Shown: positions 1 through 11,558 of the stretch, piece after piece
How the letters are laid out: every line of letters begins with the position of its first letter
Numbering within the stretch: the stretch's first letter is position 1
Origin: Phyllosticta citribraziliensis
Taxonomy: Eukaryota
Direction: 5' to 3'
DNA: 64,000 nt
Assembly (NCBI RefSeq): GCF_038025025.1
Contig: NW_027117338.1
Location: 124,001 to 188,000 of the forward strand
Notes under the pieces: model-generated
Told to the model about the DNA's origin: nothing
Database searches by the model: none
Seen by the model: only the letters and a program-made list of their open reading frames with translations
Position numbers and translations under genes: made by a program

Positions 1-506
1 GGCGCGCGGCAGAGCGGTGAGCGAGGAAAAGGCCCGGCGGCGCGTCGCGTTGCGATTTGCGGCTCTTTTTGCCTTGTTTGGATGTATGGTGGAAAGAAGT
101 GTGGGTGGGAAGTAGTGGCGTAGCGTAGGCAGGGTTGGGTTCGCGGATGGGGGGTTGGTTAATCTTGTTGTTGTGGTATGAAAGGTTGGGATGTAGATGG
201 GTGAAGGAACAAAGGAATGGTAGTAGAAGATGGCGAAAACAACAAGAAGTAAGTCGAATAGAAAGGTAATGGAAGCAAGATCTCCTCTATATATATGTTA
301 CATTAAATACAGCACTTAGAGGTTCTATTGTCAGCAAGAGTCGGCCTCCTACTAGTATCACCGTCACCATCACCATCACTATTAGCAGCGATAACCACTC
401 GCTTCCCCTCTCTTCTAAGTAGACAGATAAGTCGTGAAACGCTACAACAACAAGATACATACCTACTAAACTACGCACCTTCCTTCCCTCTGTCCCTCCA
501 CCATAA

Positions 507-533
507 CCGCCGCCGCCGCCGCCGCCGCCGCCG
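507..533. repeat. (CCG)9 microsatellite
   Basis: Read directly. Confidence 0.9.
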
Positions 534-769
534 TACACAAGCAATCACCACATACGGACGTCCCCAGGCAATGATGCACACACCTTCCCTCCGCAGACCC
601 AAAACAGCAACTCCACACACCCGCCACTTGCGACGTTCGACGCTGTGTGCTGCAGCTAATCAGCGCGCAGCGTGAGCACCTTATGCCGCTTAAACAATTA
701 GTGATAAAAAAGGAATGACGAGTACAGGTGAAAAGGTCCGCTCAGCCGCTGGTGCGGACACGGATGCGG

Positions 770-810
770 GTAAGAGTAAGAGTAAGAGTACGGATAAGAG
801 TACGGATACG
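770..810. repeat. Degenerate hexamer repeat (GTAAGA/GTACGG)
   Basis: Read directly. Confidence 0.75.
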
Positions 811-1534
811 CTGGTTTGTTGGTTGGTTGGTTGCTGGTAGGGCTGGACGGCCGAGCGAATGGGGTAGGTATGGCGCGAGATGGGATGGGCAGCTTGTCCC
901 GACAGAGCACATGTATGTAGCTAAGCATCATAACCCGAGAGAAAGAAGGACCGCAAACGGCAAAGAGTCGCGAGTGAGTGAGCAAAGCATGGCCAAAAGA
1001 GAGATTTTGGCGCGCGCTGAGCTGAGTTGGGTTGAGGCAGTTCAGCCCGCCCGTCTGGTCGCCGTCGAGAGTGGTCTGGTGAATGGAGTAGGTATGTATG
1101 CTGGTACTGTAGGTAGAATGAGTGCAAGGCAAGTTTACCCCGCGTGCCCGCGCGCTTGATTGGGTGGGTGGCTGGCTGGACGGAAGAGATGTTCCATCAC
1201 CGGTACGGCACGGTATCTTCGTGTAGAAAGCGGAACGCGAGGAGGAATGAGGCGACATGTGAGAGCGTGTCGCGGACGTGATAAAGCGACTGGCCGAGAG
1301 CCGCGGACCGCTGGTGGGTGGTAAGAAGAAGGTTGTGGAGGCGGATGCAGCCGCAGCGCCGTGTGGAGAAGTGTGGGCAGTGGATGGATGGATGGATGGC
1401 TGGACATCAAGGTGTTTGTTTTGGAAAGAAAAGCGGACGGGTGTCTGGATTTGGGTATTCGTATGATGTGCCCAACACTACAGTAGCTTCAATGAAGCTG
1501 CGTTCACGTCTCCCCCAACACCCCCTGACACCCC

Positions 1535-2465
1535 CTACCTGCCCATCCACCCCCCGTCGACCGTCACCACCTCTCCACTGACGTACCCGGCGCCCCGCCC
1601 GGCCAGCCAGACGACAACGCCCTTAAAGTCCTCGGCACTGCCCCATCTCCCCGCCGGAATGCGCGCCAAAATGCTGTCCGCACGCGCCTTGTCGTTGATG
1701 AGCGCCGTGTTCATCTCCGTGGCAATGTAGCCCGGGGCAATGGCGTTGACGTTGACGCCCTTGCCCGCCCACTCGTTGCTCAGCGCCTTGGTGAGCTGCG
1801 CGACGCCGCCCTTGCTCGCCGCGTACGCCGGCACCGTGATGCCGCCCTGGAACGACAGCAGCGAGGCGACGTTGATGACGGCGCCGCGCCGCCCGGATGC
1901 CGCGTGCCCGACTGACGCTGGGATGCGCTCGGCCGGCCGCGACAGCATGTGCGCGCCCACGTCGCGCGCCAGCGCAAACACCGTGTGCAGATTCACCTGC
2001 AGCACGGCGTGCCAGTCGTCGTCGGGGAACTGGTGCGCCGGGTGCCGCCGCTGGATGCCGGCGCAGTTGAGCAGAATGTCGATGCTGTGCCCGTCGGCCA
2101 GGATCTTGGGCGTCAGCGCGGCGACGGACGCGGCGTCGGAGAGGTCGGCTGTGTAGATGGTGGCTTTGCGGCCGAGGGCTTCGATCTGGCTTTTGGTTGC
2201 TGTGTTGGAGGTGTCGCGCTGCCATCGGTCAGGAACAGCATGTGGAGATTTGGGAGATTTGGCCCACCTGGACGAGCAAGAGGTCGGCGCCCGCTTCTGC
2301 CAATGCGACGGCCATGGCCTGGCCGATTCCACGAGTGCCGCCCGTGACCATGGCCGTCTGGCCTTCCAGCGAGAACAATTGCTGAACTGACGACATGGTG
2401 GAGGATGGAGAAGGTTGAGTTGGAGCGAGATGTTTCTGGAGACTGGCCAATCGATCTTGGGCCAT
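1535..2465 (-). CDS. Short-chain dehydrogenase/reductase, KduD / 5-keto-D-gluconate reductase-like; 2 exons (2465-2268, 2218-1535); alternative start ATG at 2396
   Basis: The 49-nt intron 2267-2219 (GTGGGC..CTGAC..CAG) joins LLLVQ to RDTSN in frame. Motifs [23 protein letters not shown] and VDGGW are typical of the KduD/gluconate 5-dehydrogenase SDR subgroup. Confidence 0.88.
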
Positions 2466-2813
2466 CAACACCAATTTGCGGAAGAAGAGGGGACCAAGAA
2501 GGTTAAAGAGCTGGCGGCGGGATCGGAATTGGCGTCGTGAAATCTGACGACAGTGCCTGGTCGGGCGTGGGGGACGAGGATGGTGGGGCTCCAGGGCCAA
2601 TGGCGCGGGGCCGTCGGGATTTGTGTCAGTCGCCGATGGCTGCCCCGCAACCTGCCCTCATCGACCCTGGGTATAGCTTTCCGGCGCGTCCTCGTCTTTT
2701 GTCGCAAGTTGCCATTTCCTTTCCAATTCCTTTCCTCTCTCTTTGAATCTCTCGTTCTTCTCTTGACTGCACCTCTCAGTCAATTCACTTCCAGTACCCT
2801 CACAATCAACACA
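2466..2813. promoter_or_regulatory. Bidirectional promoter between the SDR and MDR genes with four CreA/Cre1-type SYGGRG sites
   Basis: 348 bp between divergent ATGs. GTGGGG at 2567 and 2583, GCGGGG at 2605, CCCCGC at 2643. CT-rich tract at about 2695-2800 before the MDR ATG. Confidence 0.55.
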
Positions 2814-4080
2814 ATGGCCGTCGAAACACGACAAGTCCGCGCTTCAGTGCTCCACGCGCCAAAAGACCTGCGCCTAGTAAGTGACCAGCTACAGCAAAAG
2901 AACTCGCCATTCTAAGCTCGAATCCAGGAAGACCGCACGCTGTCAGCTCCAGGACCGCAGGAGCTGCAAGTTGCCGTGCGCGCGACGGGTCTCTGCGGTA
3001 GCGACTTGCACTACTACCACCACTACCGCAATGGCGACATTCTCGTCAAGGAGCCACTGTCGCTCGGTCACGAGTCTGCCGGAGTTGTCGTGGCTGTTGG
3101 CTCCGAGACGACCGACTTTAGGGTTGGCGACAAGGTCGCGCTCGAAGTAGGGCAGCCGTGCGAGACTTGTGACCGCTGCAAAGAGGGCCGCTACAACATT
3201 TGCAAAGGCATGAAGTTCCGCAGCAGCGCAAAAGCCTTTCCGCATGCCCAAGGTACGCTGCAGGACCGTGTCAATCATCCAGCGGCGTGGTGCCACAAGC
3301 TTCCAGACAGCCTCAGTTTGGAACTAGGCGCTCTGTTGGAGCCACTGGGTGTAGCGATTCACGCGACGAGGAGAGCGCAGTTGGCGCCATTGAGCAAGGT
3401 CCTCGTGTTTGGTGCTGGTGCGGTTGGACTGCTGGTGGCGGCCATGGCGAAGATATCCGGCGCCACGGTTGTGATTGCCGACATTGATGCTGGCCGGGTC
3501 GACTTTGCCGTTCAGAATGGCTTTGCTCATGCGGCGTATACCGTCCCGCTAAAAAGGGGCAAGGATATTGACGAGAGCCTCGAGATTGCCAAGGAGACTG
3601 CCGCGGCGATAGGACAAGTCAAGAAGTTTACCGGGGAGGAGGTGGGCGAGGTCGACGCCGTCTTTGAGTGTACTGGCGTACCGTCCTGCTTGCAAGCAGG
3701 CATCTACGTGAGTCTCATCCCGTCGACTTAGCTGTCTTGTTCTGACGATACAGGCTACGCGACCTGGTGGCCGTGTCCTCCTCATTGGCATGGGCACGCC
3801 AATTCAGACTCTCCCCATCTCCGCGGCTGCCCTTCGCGAAGTCGACCTCGTTGGCGTGTTTCGCTACGCCAACACGTATCCTACTGGAATCGAGGTCGTC
3901 TCCAGACCTCCCACGGCCGATTACCCCGACTTTTCCAAGCTCGTGACGCACCGGTACACTGGACTCGACTCACTTCCAGAGGCATTTGAGATGGCGGCCA
4001 AGACGAAGGATGCGGAGGGGAAGCTGGTGCTCAAGGTGGTGGTCAACGTGAACGACGGCACGTCGAGTCCGAGGCTGTAG
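2814..4080 (+). CDS. Zinc-dependent medium-chain polyol/sugar-acid dehydrogenase (sorbitol/xylitol/L-idonate 5-dehydrogenase-like); exons 2814-2876, 2928-3707, 3754-4080
   Basis: Introns 2877-2927 and 3708-3753 are GT..AG and keep frame. Catalytic Zn motifs GLCGSDLH and GHESAG, structural Zn CxxCxxCx7C, GAGAVG Rossmann fold with Asp (ADID, NAD-type), FRYANTYP. Confidence 0.9.
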
Positions 4081-4766
4081 ATGGTGCCGATGTCCATGAT
4101 TTGTTGATAAATGGTGAAATGATATGAGACTGGATCTCTGAAATGACCCAAACTGTGCAAGCATTGGAGCCGAACCGAACCCTTGAACCTCTCCCTACGT
4201 CAACGGAATAAACGACGCGAAGCTGGGCAGACGCGTCCGGTCGCGCAGAGAATGTCGTCAGGGTCGATACGAGACGGGGGAGTCCAGGAAAGAATTACCC
4301 GCACCAGCCACACGGATGATCGAATGGAGAATTGGTAGGCCGCGGACGGCTCCGTGAGTAGCAAGTCAGAGAGTCGCCAAAGCGGGTGCAGCTGCTAAAA
4401 GGCTGTGTGCCTGGTCTTGACCCGAAGGGATTGAGTTTCCGGCGAATCTGGGGAAAGACGAAGCCTCGCGCCTTATGTAACAACACCATCGCGCAGCCCC
4501 TCGACCTTTGCTTGGCCATATAACGTCGCCATGTCGTTCCCCATCTCTCCAGCCTCTGTCCGCTCCTGTTTCTTCAATTGGCATTGTGTGCCTGTTTCTC
4601 CGCTATCAGACTGAAAGGCTGCCCTGCCCAACCCGCCAATTGTCGAACCACCCATCCTTGCCGAACTCCAATCAATCTGCCGTCACTTGCTTCTCGCATC
4701 TCAGCATTGCTGAATTTTGCCAACACCACCACTTCGACGCCTCCACAACCAACTTCCCCCTCCACA

Positions 4767-5895
4767 ATGGCTCCCCGCAAGCTCAACGTCGCCATCTCAG
4801 GCCTCGGCCGCATGGGCGCCCGCCACGCCCTCAACTTCTACACCCGCACGCCGCGCGCCGACGTCGTAGCCGCCTTCACCCCCGACGCGCAGGAAGCATC
4901 ATGGGCCCGCGTCAACCTGCCCGAGGTGCAAATATACGACAGCTACGACGAGATGCTCAAGCACCCGGGGCTCGAGGCCGTCGTCGTGGCCACCGTCACC
5001 ACCGCCCACGCCGAGCAGGCCATCAAGGCCATCGAGGCCGACAAGCACGTCCTGTGCGAGAAGCCGCTGAGCACCAGCGTCGAAGTGGTGCGTTGCCCTG
5101 CGTCAAGCTATGTAGCTAGTCGAGAAACGCCGCTAACCCCTCCTCCCGCAACAGTCCCAGTCCGTCTGTGACGCCGCCGCCAAAAAGCCACACCTCAAGG
5201 TGCTGTGCGGCTTCTCGCGCCGCTTCGACGCCTCGTACCGCGACGCCTTCGACCGCATGGACAGCGGCGCCATTGGCCGGCCGTCCGTCTTCCGCAGCCA
5301 AACCTGCGACAAGCTCGACCCAACCGGCTTCTTCGTCTCATACGCACAGTTCTCCGGCGGCATCTTCGTCGACTGCAACATCCACGACATCGACCTGGCG
5401 CTGTGGTACTTCGGGCAAGACTCGATCGTCAAGTCGGTAGTGGCGCTCGGCATCACGGCGGTATCGCCCGAACTGCGCAAATACAACGACGTCGACAACG
5501 GCGTCGGCGTCGTCGAGTTCTGGGGCGGCAAGCTGGCGTACTTTTACAGCTCGCGCATGATGGCGGCGGGCCAGCACGACATGTCGGAGATCATCGGCAC
5601 GGGCGGCAAGCTGAGCATCAACGGCAACCCGCAGGGCACGCTGGTCGAGATGCACGAGCCGGCCGGCGTGCGCCGCGAGATCCCGCAGCACTACTACGGC
5701 CGCTTCGAGCACGCCTTCGTCACCGAGGCCAACGAGTTCACCGCCGCCTGCCTCGACAACACCAAGCTGCCCTTCAAGCTGCAGGGCGCTGTCCAGGCTG
5801 TCAAGATTGGCTGTGCCCTCCAGGAGAGCTTGAACTCGGGCAAGAAGATTTGGTTCGATGAGACGGGCCGCCGCGTCGAGAAGGCTAGTTTGTAG
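4767..5895 (+). CDS. Gfo/Idh/MocA-family NAD(P) oxidoreductase (myo-inositol dehydrogenase-like); exons 4767-5087, 5155-5895
   Basis: Intron 5088-5154 (GTGCGT..GCTAAC..ACAG). Motifs GLGRMG, HVLCEKP, GFSRRFD, DCNIHDID. Confidence 0.9.
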
Positions 5896-6441
5896 ACCTT
5901 TCCGGCTACCGGTACTTCGTCAAAGCTTTTCTTCTCGTTGCGTGTCCATGCAGTCACCTTTTAGTCATTCAGACATGTCGGGGAGGGGCGTTGCGGCGTT
6001 GTCGTTGGTCCACTAGCATCCTTTTCGGCATCTTCAGGAAGACAGCTTCTCCTTCGCCTTATCGGTCGATATACAGACATATGGGCATATAGAATCTAGA
6101 TATGAAAGACTGGCAAACTAGACTCTCTCTTTTCTCTCAGAGCAGTGATGGAGTCTGCTACTGCTTGTGAGGCCAGCTGATGCCACTGCTTCTGGCCTCC
6201 GTGGTCAAGGTATGGACATGTATACATGATGTATATATGCATGCTTCATTTCATTTTTTTGCTTTCTCTTCTTCTTTTGCTTTTTATCTGTAGGAGGGGA
6301 AAGGGGGGAATCCTCTAATCCCACATGCACACAGACGACACACATGCATCTTTGTATTCCTCTTTTGCCCCATGCATGTCCTGCCCCACACACGACACAT
6401 CCCACACCTCACCGCCCACCACCCACCACGGCCCGCCACGC

Positions 6442-9400
6442 TCAAATGTTCTCGAAATAAAACGTCGGCGCGCCCGGCACCGCCGCCTCGGCGACAGGCG
6501 GCAGGCCGTCCCTCTGGCCACCGACCTCGCCATCGCCACCCACGACAGCGCCCGCCTTCTCGCCCTCGCGCACCGCGACAATCTGCACGACCTCGAGCTT
6601 CGGCACCGTCTGCTTGAGCGCCGGCACCATGGCCGCCAGCGTCTTCTGCTCGTCGAACGGCAGGCGGCGGTCAAACACGTCGGCGGGCGCCTCGGCGCCG
6701 CCGTCGAGCCGGCGCTTGAGGCCCTGGACGAAGGGCATGGCCTTCTTCATGTCGGGCTTGGCGATGTCCTTGGCGAGGGCCTTGACGTCGACGAGGCCCA
6801 TTTTGTCGAACGAGGCGCGGACGAGCTCGAGGTAGCGGTCCTGCCACGCGGGGAACGACGCCGCGACGAAGATGGACAGGCGCTTGGCGTGCTTGGGGTC
6901 GAAGGCCGTGGTTTTGCCCTTGGCGAGCTTCTTGACTTGCTGGCCCTCGGCCGACGTGATGTTGCTGGTGGTTGTGCGCACGTAGTCGCGGGCGGCGGCG
7001 AGGGCGGCGTCGGGGGAGGGGACGGTCGGGAACAGCGCGTTTTGCACCGTTGAAGGTTGCTGGAGGACTTCGAGCCACATGTGCTCGGCCCAGTGCGGCG
7101 CCAGCGGCGTCAGGAGCAGCGTCTGCAGCTCGATGAAGCGCCGGATGAGCGCGCTGTGCATGCCGATGCCCGACGCCTTGGTCACCTCGCGGTAGAAGTC
7201 GCGGGCCGTCGTGAAGTCGTAGAAGCCCGACTTGAGAGCCAGCTTGTAAAAGGTGCTGCAATGCGGCGTCAGTGTCGAGTTCCTGCGTGATTGTCGCGGG
7301 GATGGGATGGACTCACTTCTCGTAGTGCTGCTTCGTCTCGAGGACCAGCCCGTTGATCTCGTTCTCAAACATGCGGTCCCACAGCATGTACTCGCCCGAG
7401 CGCTGGATCGTGTCGTTGTTCTTGACCTTGCCCGAGTCGCGCGCCGCCTTGTACTCGGCCTCGGTCGAGACGAGCGTCGCCTCGTTGACCATCTCCTCGC
7501 ACCACTTGCGCAGCTCGTACAGCTTCAGGATGGAGCTGTTGGCCACCGTCTCCTCGAAGTTGGCGTCCTCGATGCCGTCGCCGGCGTCGGCCAGCGCCAC
7601 GCGCGTCGCGTCGGCGCCAAACTTCTTGACGGCCTCGCCGAGCGTCAGGAAGTTGCCCGTGCTCTTGCTCATCTTTTCGCCGTTCAGCATCAAGTGGCCG
7701 TTGACGCGCATGCCCTGGGGCCAGAACTCTTGCGGGAAGAGCGCCGTGTGGATGTAGAGACAGAAGGTCAAGTGGTTCTGGATCAAGTCCTTGCCCGAGA
7801 CACGCACGTCGAGAGGGTACCAGTACTCAAACTCCCTCTTCATGGCGTCGAGGTCCTCCTTGAGAATGTCCGTCTTGACGTCCTGAGTGCGGCAGAAGAG
7901 GTAGTCCCACACCTCGTCCGTCATTTGCTCGGGCGCAATCGCCTTCTTGGAAATACCAGGCGTCTTGCCAAAGATGTCGCCGTGGAGGAAGTGGGCAATC
8001 GTGTAGTAGCTCATGTAGACGGTCGAGTCACTCAGCGACTCGACCAACTGCGAAGGGTCCCAGGGCAGCTTCGTTCCCAGACCGTAGGAACGCGAGCAGG
8101 CCCATTGCGACAGCCAGCCAAGGGTCATCTTGAAGGCGTGTTGCGCTTCGGGGTAGAATGTGTTCATGCCCTTCTCGAGGTGCTGCATGACAGAGTCGCA
8201 CCATTCGCCGTCACCGCCATTCTCCGTGGTGCCGTAGTTGAAGAACCACTGGTCAAGGTACGCGGCAACACACTCGTCTCCCGAGCGAGATACGACCTGG
8301 CCATCGGGCTCACCGTAGGGGAAGGCCAGACCAGCATCGATGAGCTGCTTGCGGACCAGGGGCTTGGCTTCTTGCACAGACTTTCCAGAGTGCTCGCCAA
8401 TCACCATGGTGCCCTGGTAGAAGCCCTCCTTGTAGGCCAGGTCCTTGGCCTCGGCAAGGGGCTTCGCATCCTTGGGGGAGTTGATCTTGAGCTGCTCGAC
8501 AAGGGTCTTGGCGGTGAGGTCGCCGTAGGTGGGAGTCTTGATGATGGGCACAATCTCCAGCTCCGCCCACTCCTTCTTGATGCCGTAGTAGTCGGCCTTC
8601 TTGATCAAGTCGAGAGTCGTGGCGTAGTCGTCGGGGCTGTCCGAAGGCACGCAGGTAACGACACCGGTACCCTTGGTGGGCTTGACCGTCTCCATGGGCA
8701 GGATCCTGACGCCCTCTTTGTGCACCGACAGCGGCGCGTCGACGCGGGTGCCAACGACGTCGGAGCCCTGGAGGTCGACGACCTTGGGGAAGACGCCCCA
8801 CTCGGCGAAGATGTTTTGGAACGCCATGTTGCGAGCAGCACGGTCCGAGACGAAGTAGTACTCGTTCTCTCCGGCCTTGAAGATTCCGTACTGGACCTTG
8901 GGGCCGACAAAGCAGCAGGTCTGGCCATACATGGTCTCGGGACGAAGAGTAGCGGGGACAAAGTAGACGTTGGCTCCGGCGGGAATCTTGTCACCAATGA
9001 GCTCCTTCGCCTTCTCAGGCCACTCGAGCACCTTCATCTTCAGGGCGGTGTACTCCTGGACGGTGACACCCTCGCCAGAGCTCCGGTCGTGGTCGAGACA
9101 TGCCTGGCCGTCCTTGGGTGAGTAGACGGTGTAGCGCTTGCCAAACTTGATCTTGCCGAGGCCCTTAAGGCGGTTCATTTGCCAGCGGACAAAGGCATCG
9201 TAGTAGGGGTTGGCGTCGGTCGTGACCATGGATCTCCGCCAGTCGACACGGGCACCAAACGCCGTCAGGTCCTCCTGGCACTTGGGCGGGAAGTACTGCA
9301 GCCAATGCAGCGGGTCGGCAAAGTGGTGAATCTCGTCGAGCGGGATGCCCAGAGCCAGCATGATCTGGAACTGGTACTTTGTCTTGACGCTCTTCGCGGC

Positions 9401-10009
9401 CGCCTTGCCCTTGGTCGCCTTGAACTTGGTCACGTCGGCCTTGGTCGTCTCCTCCTGCGGCGCAGGCACCTCCTCGGGCTTGCCCGCGTCGGCAATGTCG
9501 TCCTCCTTGCAGCCTTCAAAAGTCTTGCCAAACATTTCAATCTCGCGCACCAGCTTGTCGGCGCACGCCTTGATGGGCATGCCGGTGCAGTGGTAGCCCT
9601 GCGGGAACAGCGCCCGCTTTCCCTGCATGCGGGCAAAGCCGGTGGCAAACTCAATCTTGCTGGCAGTGAAGCTGTGGCCGGCGTGGAGCACACCGTTCAT
9701 GTAGGGGTAGGCCATGGTGCCAAAGAACTTGGGCTGCTGGGCGCGCAGGTCGGCGGCGGAGATGGAGCCATAGGGCACCTCGGTGGTGGACGGGGCGTCC
9801 TGCTGGAAGACCTTGGTGTCTTGCCAAATCTTTTGGTATTTTTTCTCGGCGGCGATGAGGGTGTCGCGCTTCTCGGTCTGCGCAATGGCTGGTCAGAGGG
9901 CAGTGCAATGCAGCGGCAGGGCAGTTGAGCGCACATTTTCAATCTTGAGCGTGTTTTTGGAGCTGTTGCTGGGGTCCAGCGCCGCCATGGTTGCTTGTGC
10001 GGCCGACAT
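6442..10009 (-). CDS. CDC60: Cytosolic leucine-tRNA ligase; exons 10009-9935, 9877-7317, 7255-6442
   Basis: HIGH-type PYMNGVLHAGH, KMSKS, editing-domain TLRPET and GTGVVT. Introns 9934-9878 and 7316-7256 restore the frame. Confidence 0.96.
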
Positions 10010-10228
10010 GATGTGGGTTTGGTCGGACTCGAAGCGCAGACTGCGAACCAAGGGCCGATGCGGACTTGAAGGCCGGAGTTGAGTCACGACCTGGCTCTGG
10101 CTTGTGGTGGGCTGTTTTGGCGCGCAGGGAATGAATTGCGGGCGGTGAAGCAAGCGAACCACCTATTCGCCCGCCTGCTCCCCAACCGAGCTTCCCGTCA
10201 CCCCAGACCAGACAATCCCACCGACACC

Positions 10229-10804
10229 ATGGCCTCGCGCGCCGTCAAGAGCAGCTCGTGGCGGACTTCGCGCTGGCTGCCCAAGTTCCTGCGCAAGCCC
10301 GAGCCCGAGCGCCCATACTACAACATCTACAAGAACCCATACCGGGCCAAGCGGCTATGGCCGCCGGACCTGTCCAAGCTCTCGTGGAGGGACCAGGTGC
10401 GCTTCGACCGCAAGTACCGCCGGCGGCTCAAGATGGTGTCGTCCTGGCCGGTGTGGAACAGGCGCGTCAAGCTGGCGCAATGGCTCATTCTAGGAAGTAA
10501 GAAGCACGCACGAGTGGGGGAGGATGCTGGTATTGATGTTGGACAGGTGTCGGTTTCTACATGGTGTGCATCATTGATTGGAAGACGGAGATGGAGATCA
10601 AGGCGGGCGGCCCAGTCTCTGGCTGGTCTCCTTTTCAAGTTGTGAGTCTGCCTCCCCAAAGGCGTGGAGCAAGCTAATGCGTGATAGCCTCACGACTTCT
10701 TCTGGGACAACTGGCGCAAGGTCTTTGGCGGTAAGAAGAAGACCTCCAACGTATCGACGCCCGAGAATATCGAGAAGCCCGACGAGAGCCAGCCAGCAGC
10801 CTAA
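10229..10804 (+). CDS. Small uncharacterised fungal protein, basic N-terminus and one predicted TM segment (possibly mitochondrial inner membrane); exons 10229-10496, 10547-10641, 10688-10804
   Basis: Introns 10497-10546 (GTAAGA..CAG) and 10642-10687 (GTGAGT..GCTAAT..TAG) give a continuous frame ending at TAA 10802-10804. High GC3. NPYRAKRLWPPD..DRKYRRR block followed by a hydrophobic stretch. Confidence 0.75.
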
Positions 10805-11558
10805 GACGCGGATACGACACAAGACATTTACAATGCGTGAAGCCGTACAGTTGATGAAAGATGCAATGAAGATGACCAGACTACCATGGCCACAATGAAT
10901 GAATGGGGCGAGAGGGTCCAAAGTGGACGTGATTCTTGGTGTGAAGGCGGGCGTCCATGACGGTCAGCCAGTCTCTTGGACTACATCGAGAACCAACAGA
11001 TCTGGATGTGAGGCCCGGCCAGAGAATGCCGCACTCCGCCTTTTTGAGAACGTTGGGCGTTGAAACTGGCCTTGGAGGTGGAAAAGTACGGCTTGTCCCC
11101 GAAGATTTGCAAGCTCGCGCATAGCATCGGTCAAATGAAAAGCCTCTTGTCTCTTCGATACAACCCCATTGTCGTCAATGTCACCCACATGGCGTTTGCG
11201 CCGTCACCTTGGAAACGAATCGATGATGTCATTCAACAATGTCGAGCCACTGGTTCCCCATCCCCACAACATTGTGGTACACGGCGCATGTCGTTTTTCG
11301 CATTGCATTGCGATCTGCTGCCAGCGCATAGTCAACCGGAGACATTGGCTCACAATGTCCACGTCGCTGTCAATCAGATTGGACGGGTACCCTGTCGCAT
11401 AGAGCTCGGAACGGGTATCAATGCTCCATAGTCATCCCTTCGTAGCCTCATGTGATACCTAGCCATTGTTCCCTTCAGCCGCCAGCGCAACATCCCTTGC
11501 GTTTGGCAGCTCAGCCACACGTCGAGCAAGCCACAGCCAAAGCTTGTCTGGATCATGT

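Noticed and set aside
287..1466. Short ORFs in the first 1.5 kb
   Set aside because: Translations of microsatellites (poly-G, RV and YS repeats); this looks like promoter/UTR sequence.
7253..9121. 622-aa plus-strand ORF antisense to LeuRS (also 22771-24216, 26492-27511, 62630-63928 and similar)
   Set aside because: Shadow ORFs caused by high GC3 on the real coding strand; no motifs and an L/V/G/R-biased composition.
10964..11460. ORFs of 74-123 aa between the small membrane gene and TSC13
   Set aside because: No codon bias, no splice-supported model and no recognisable motif.
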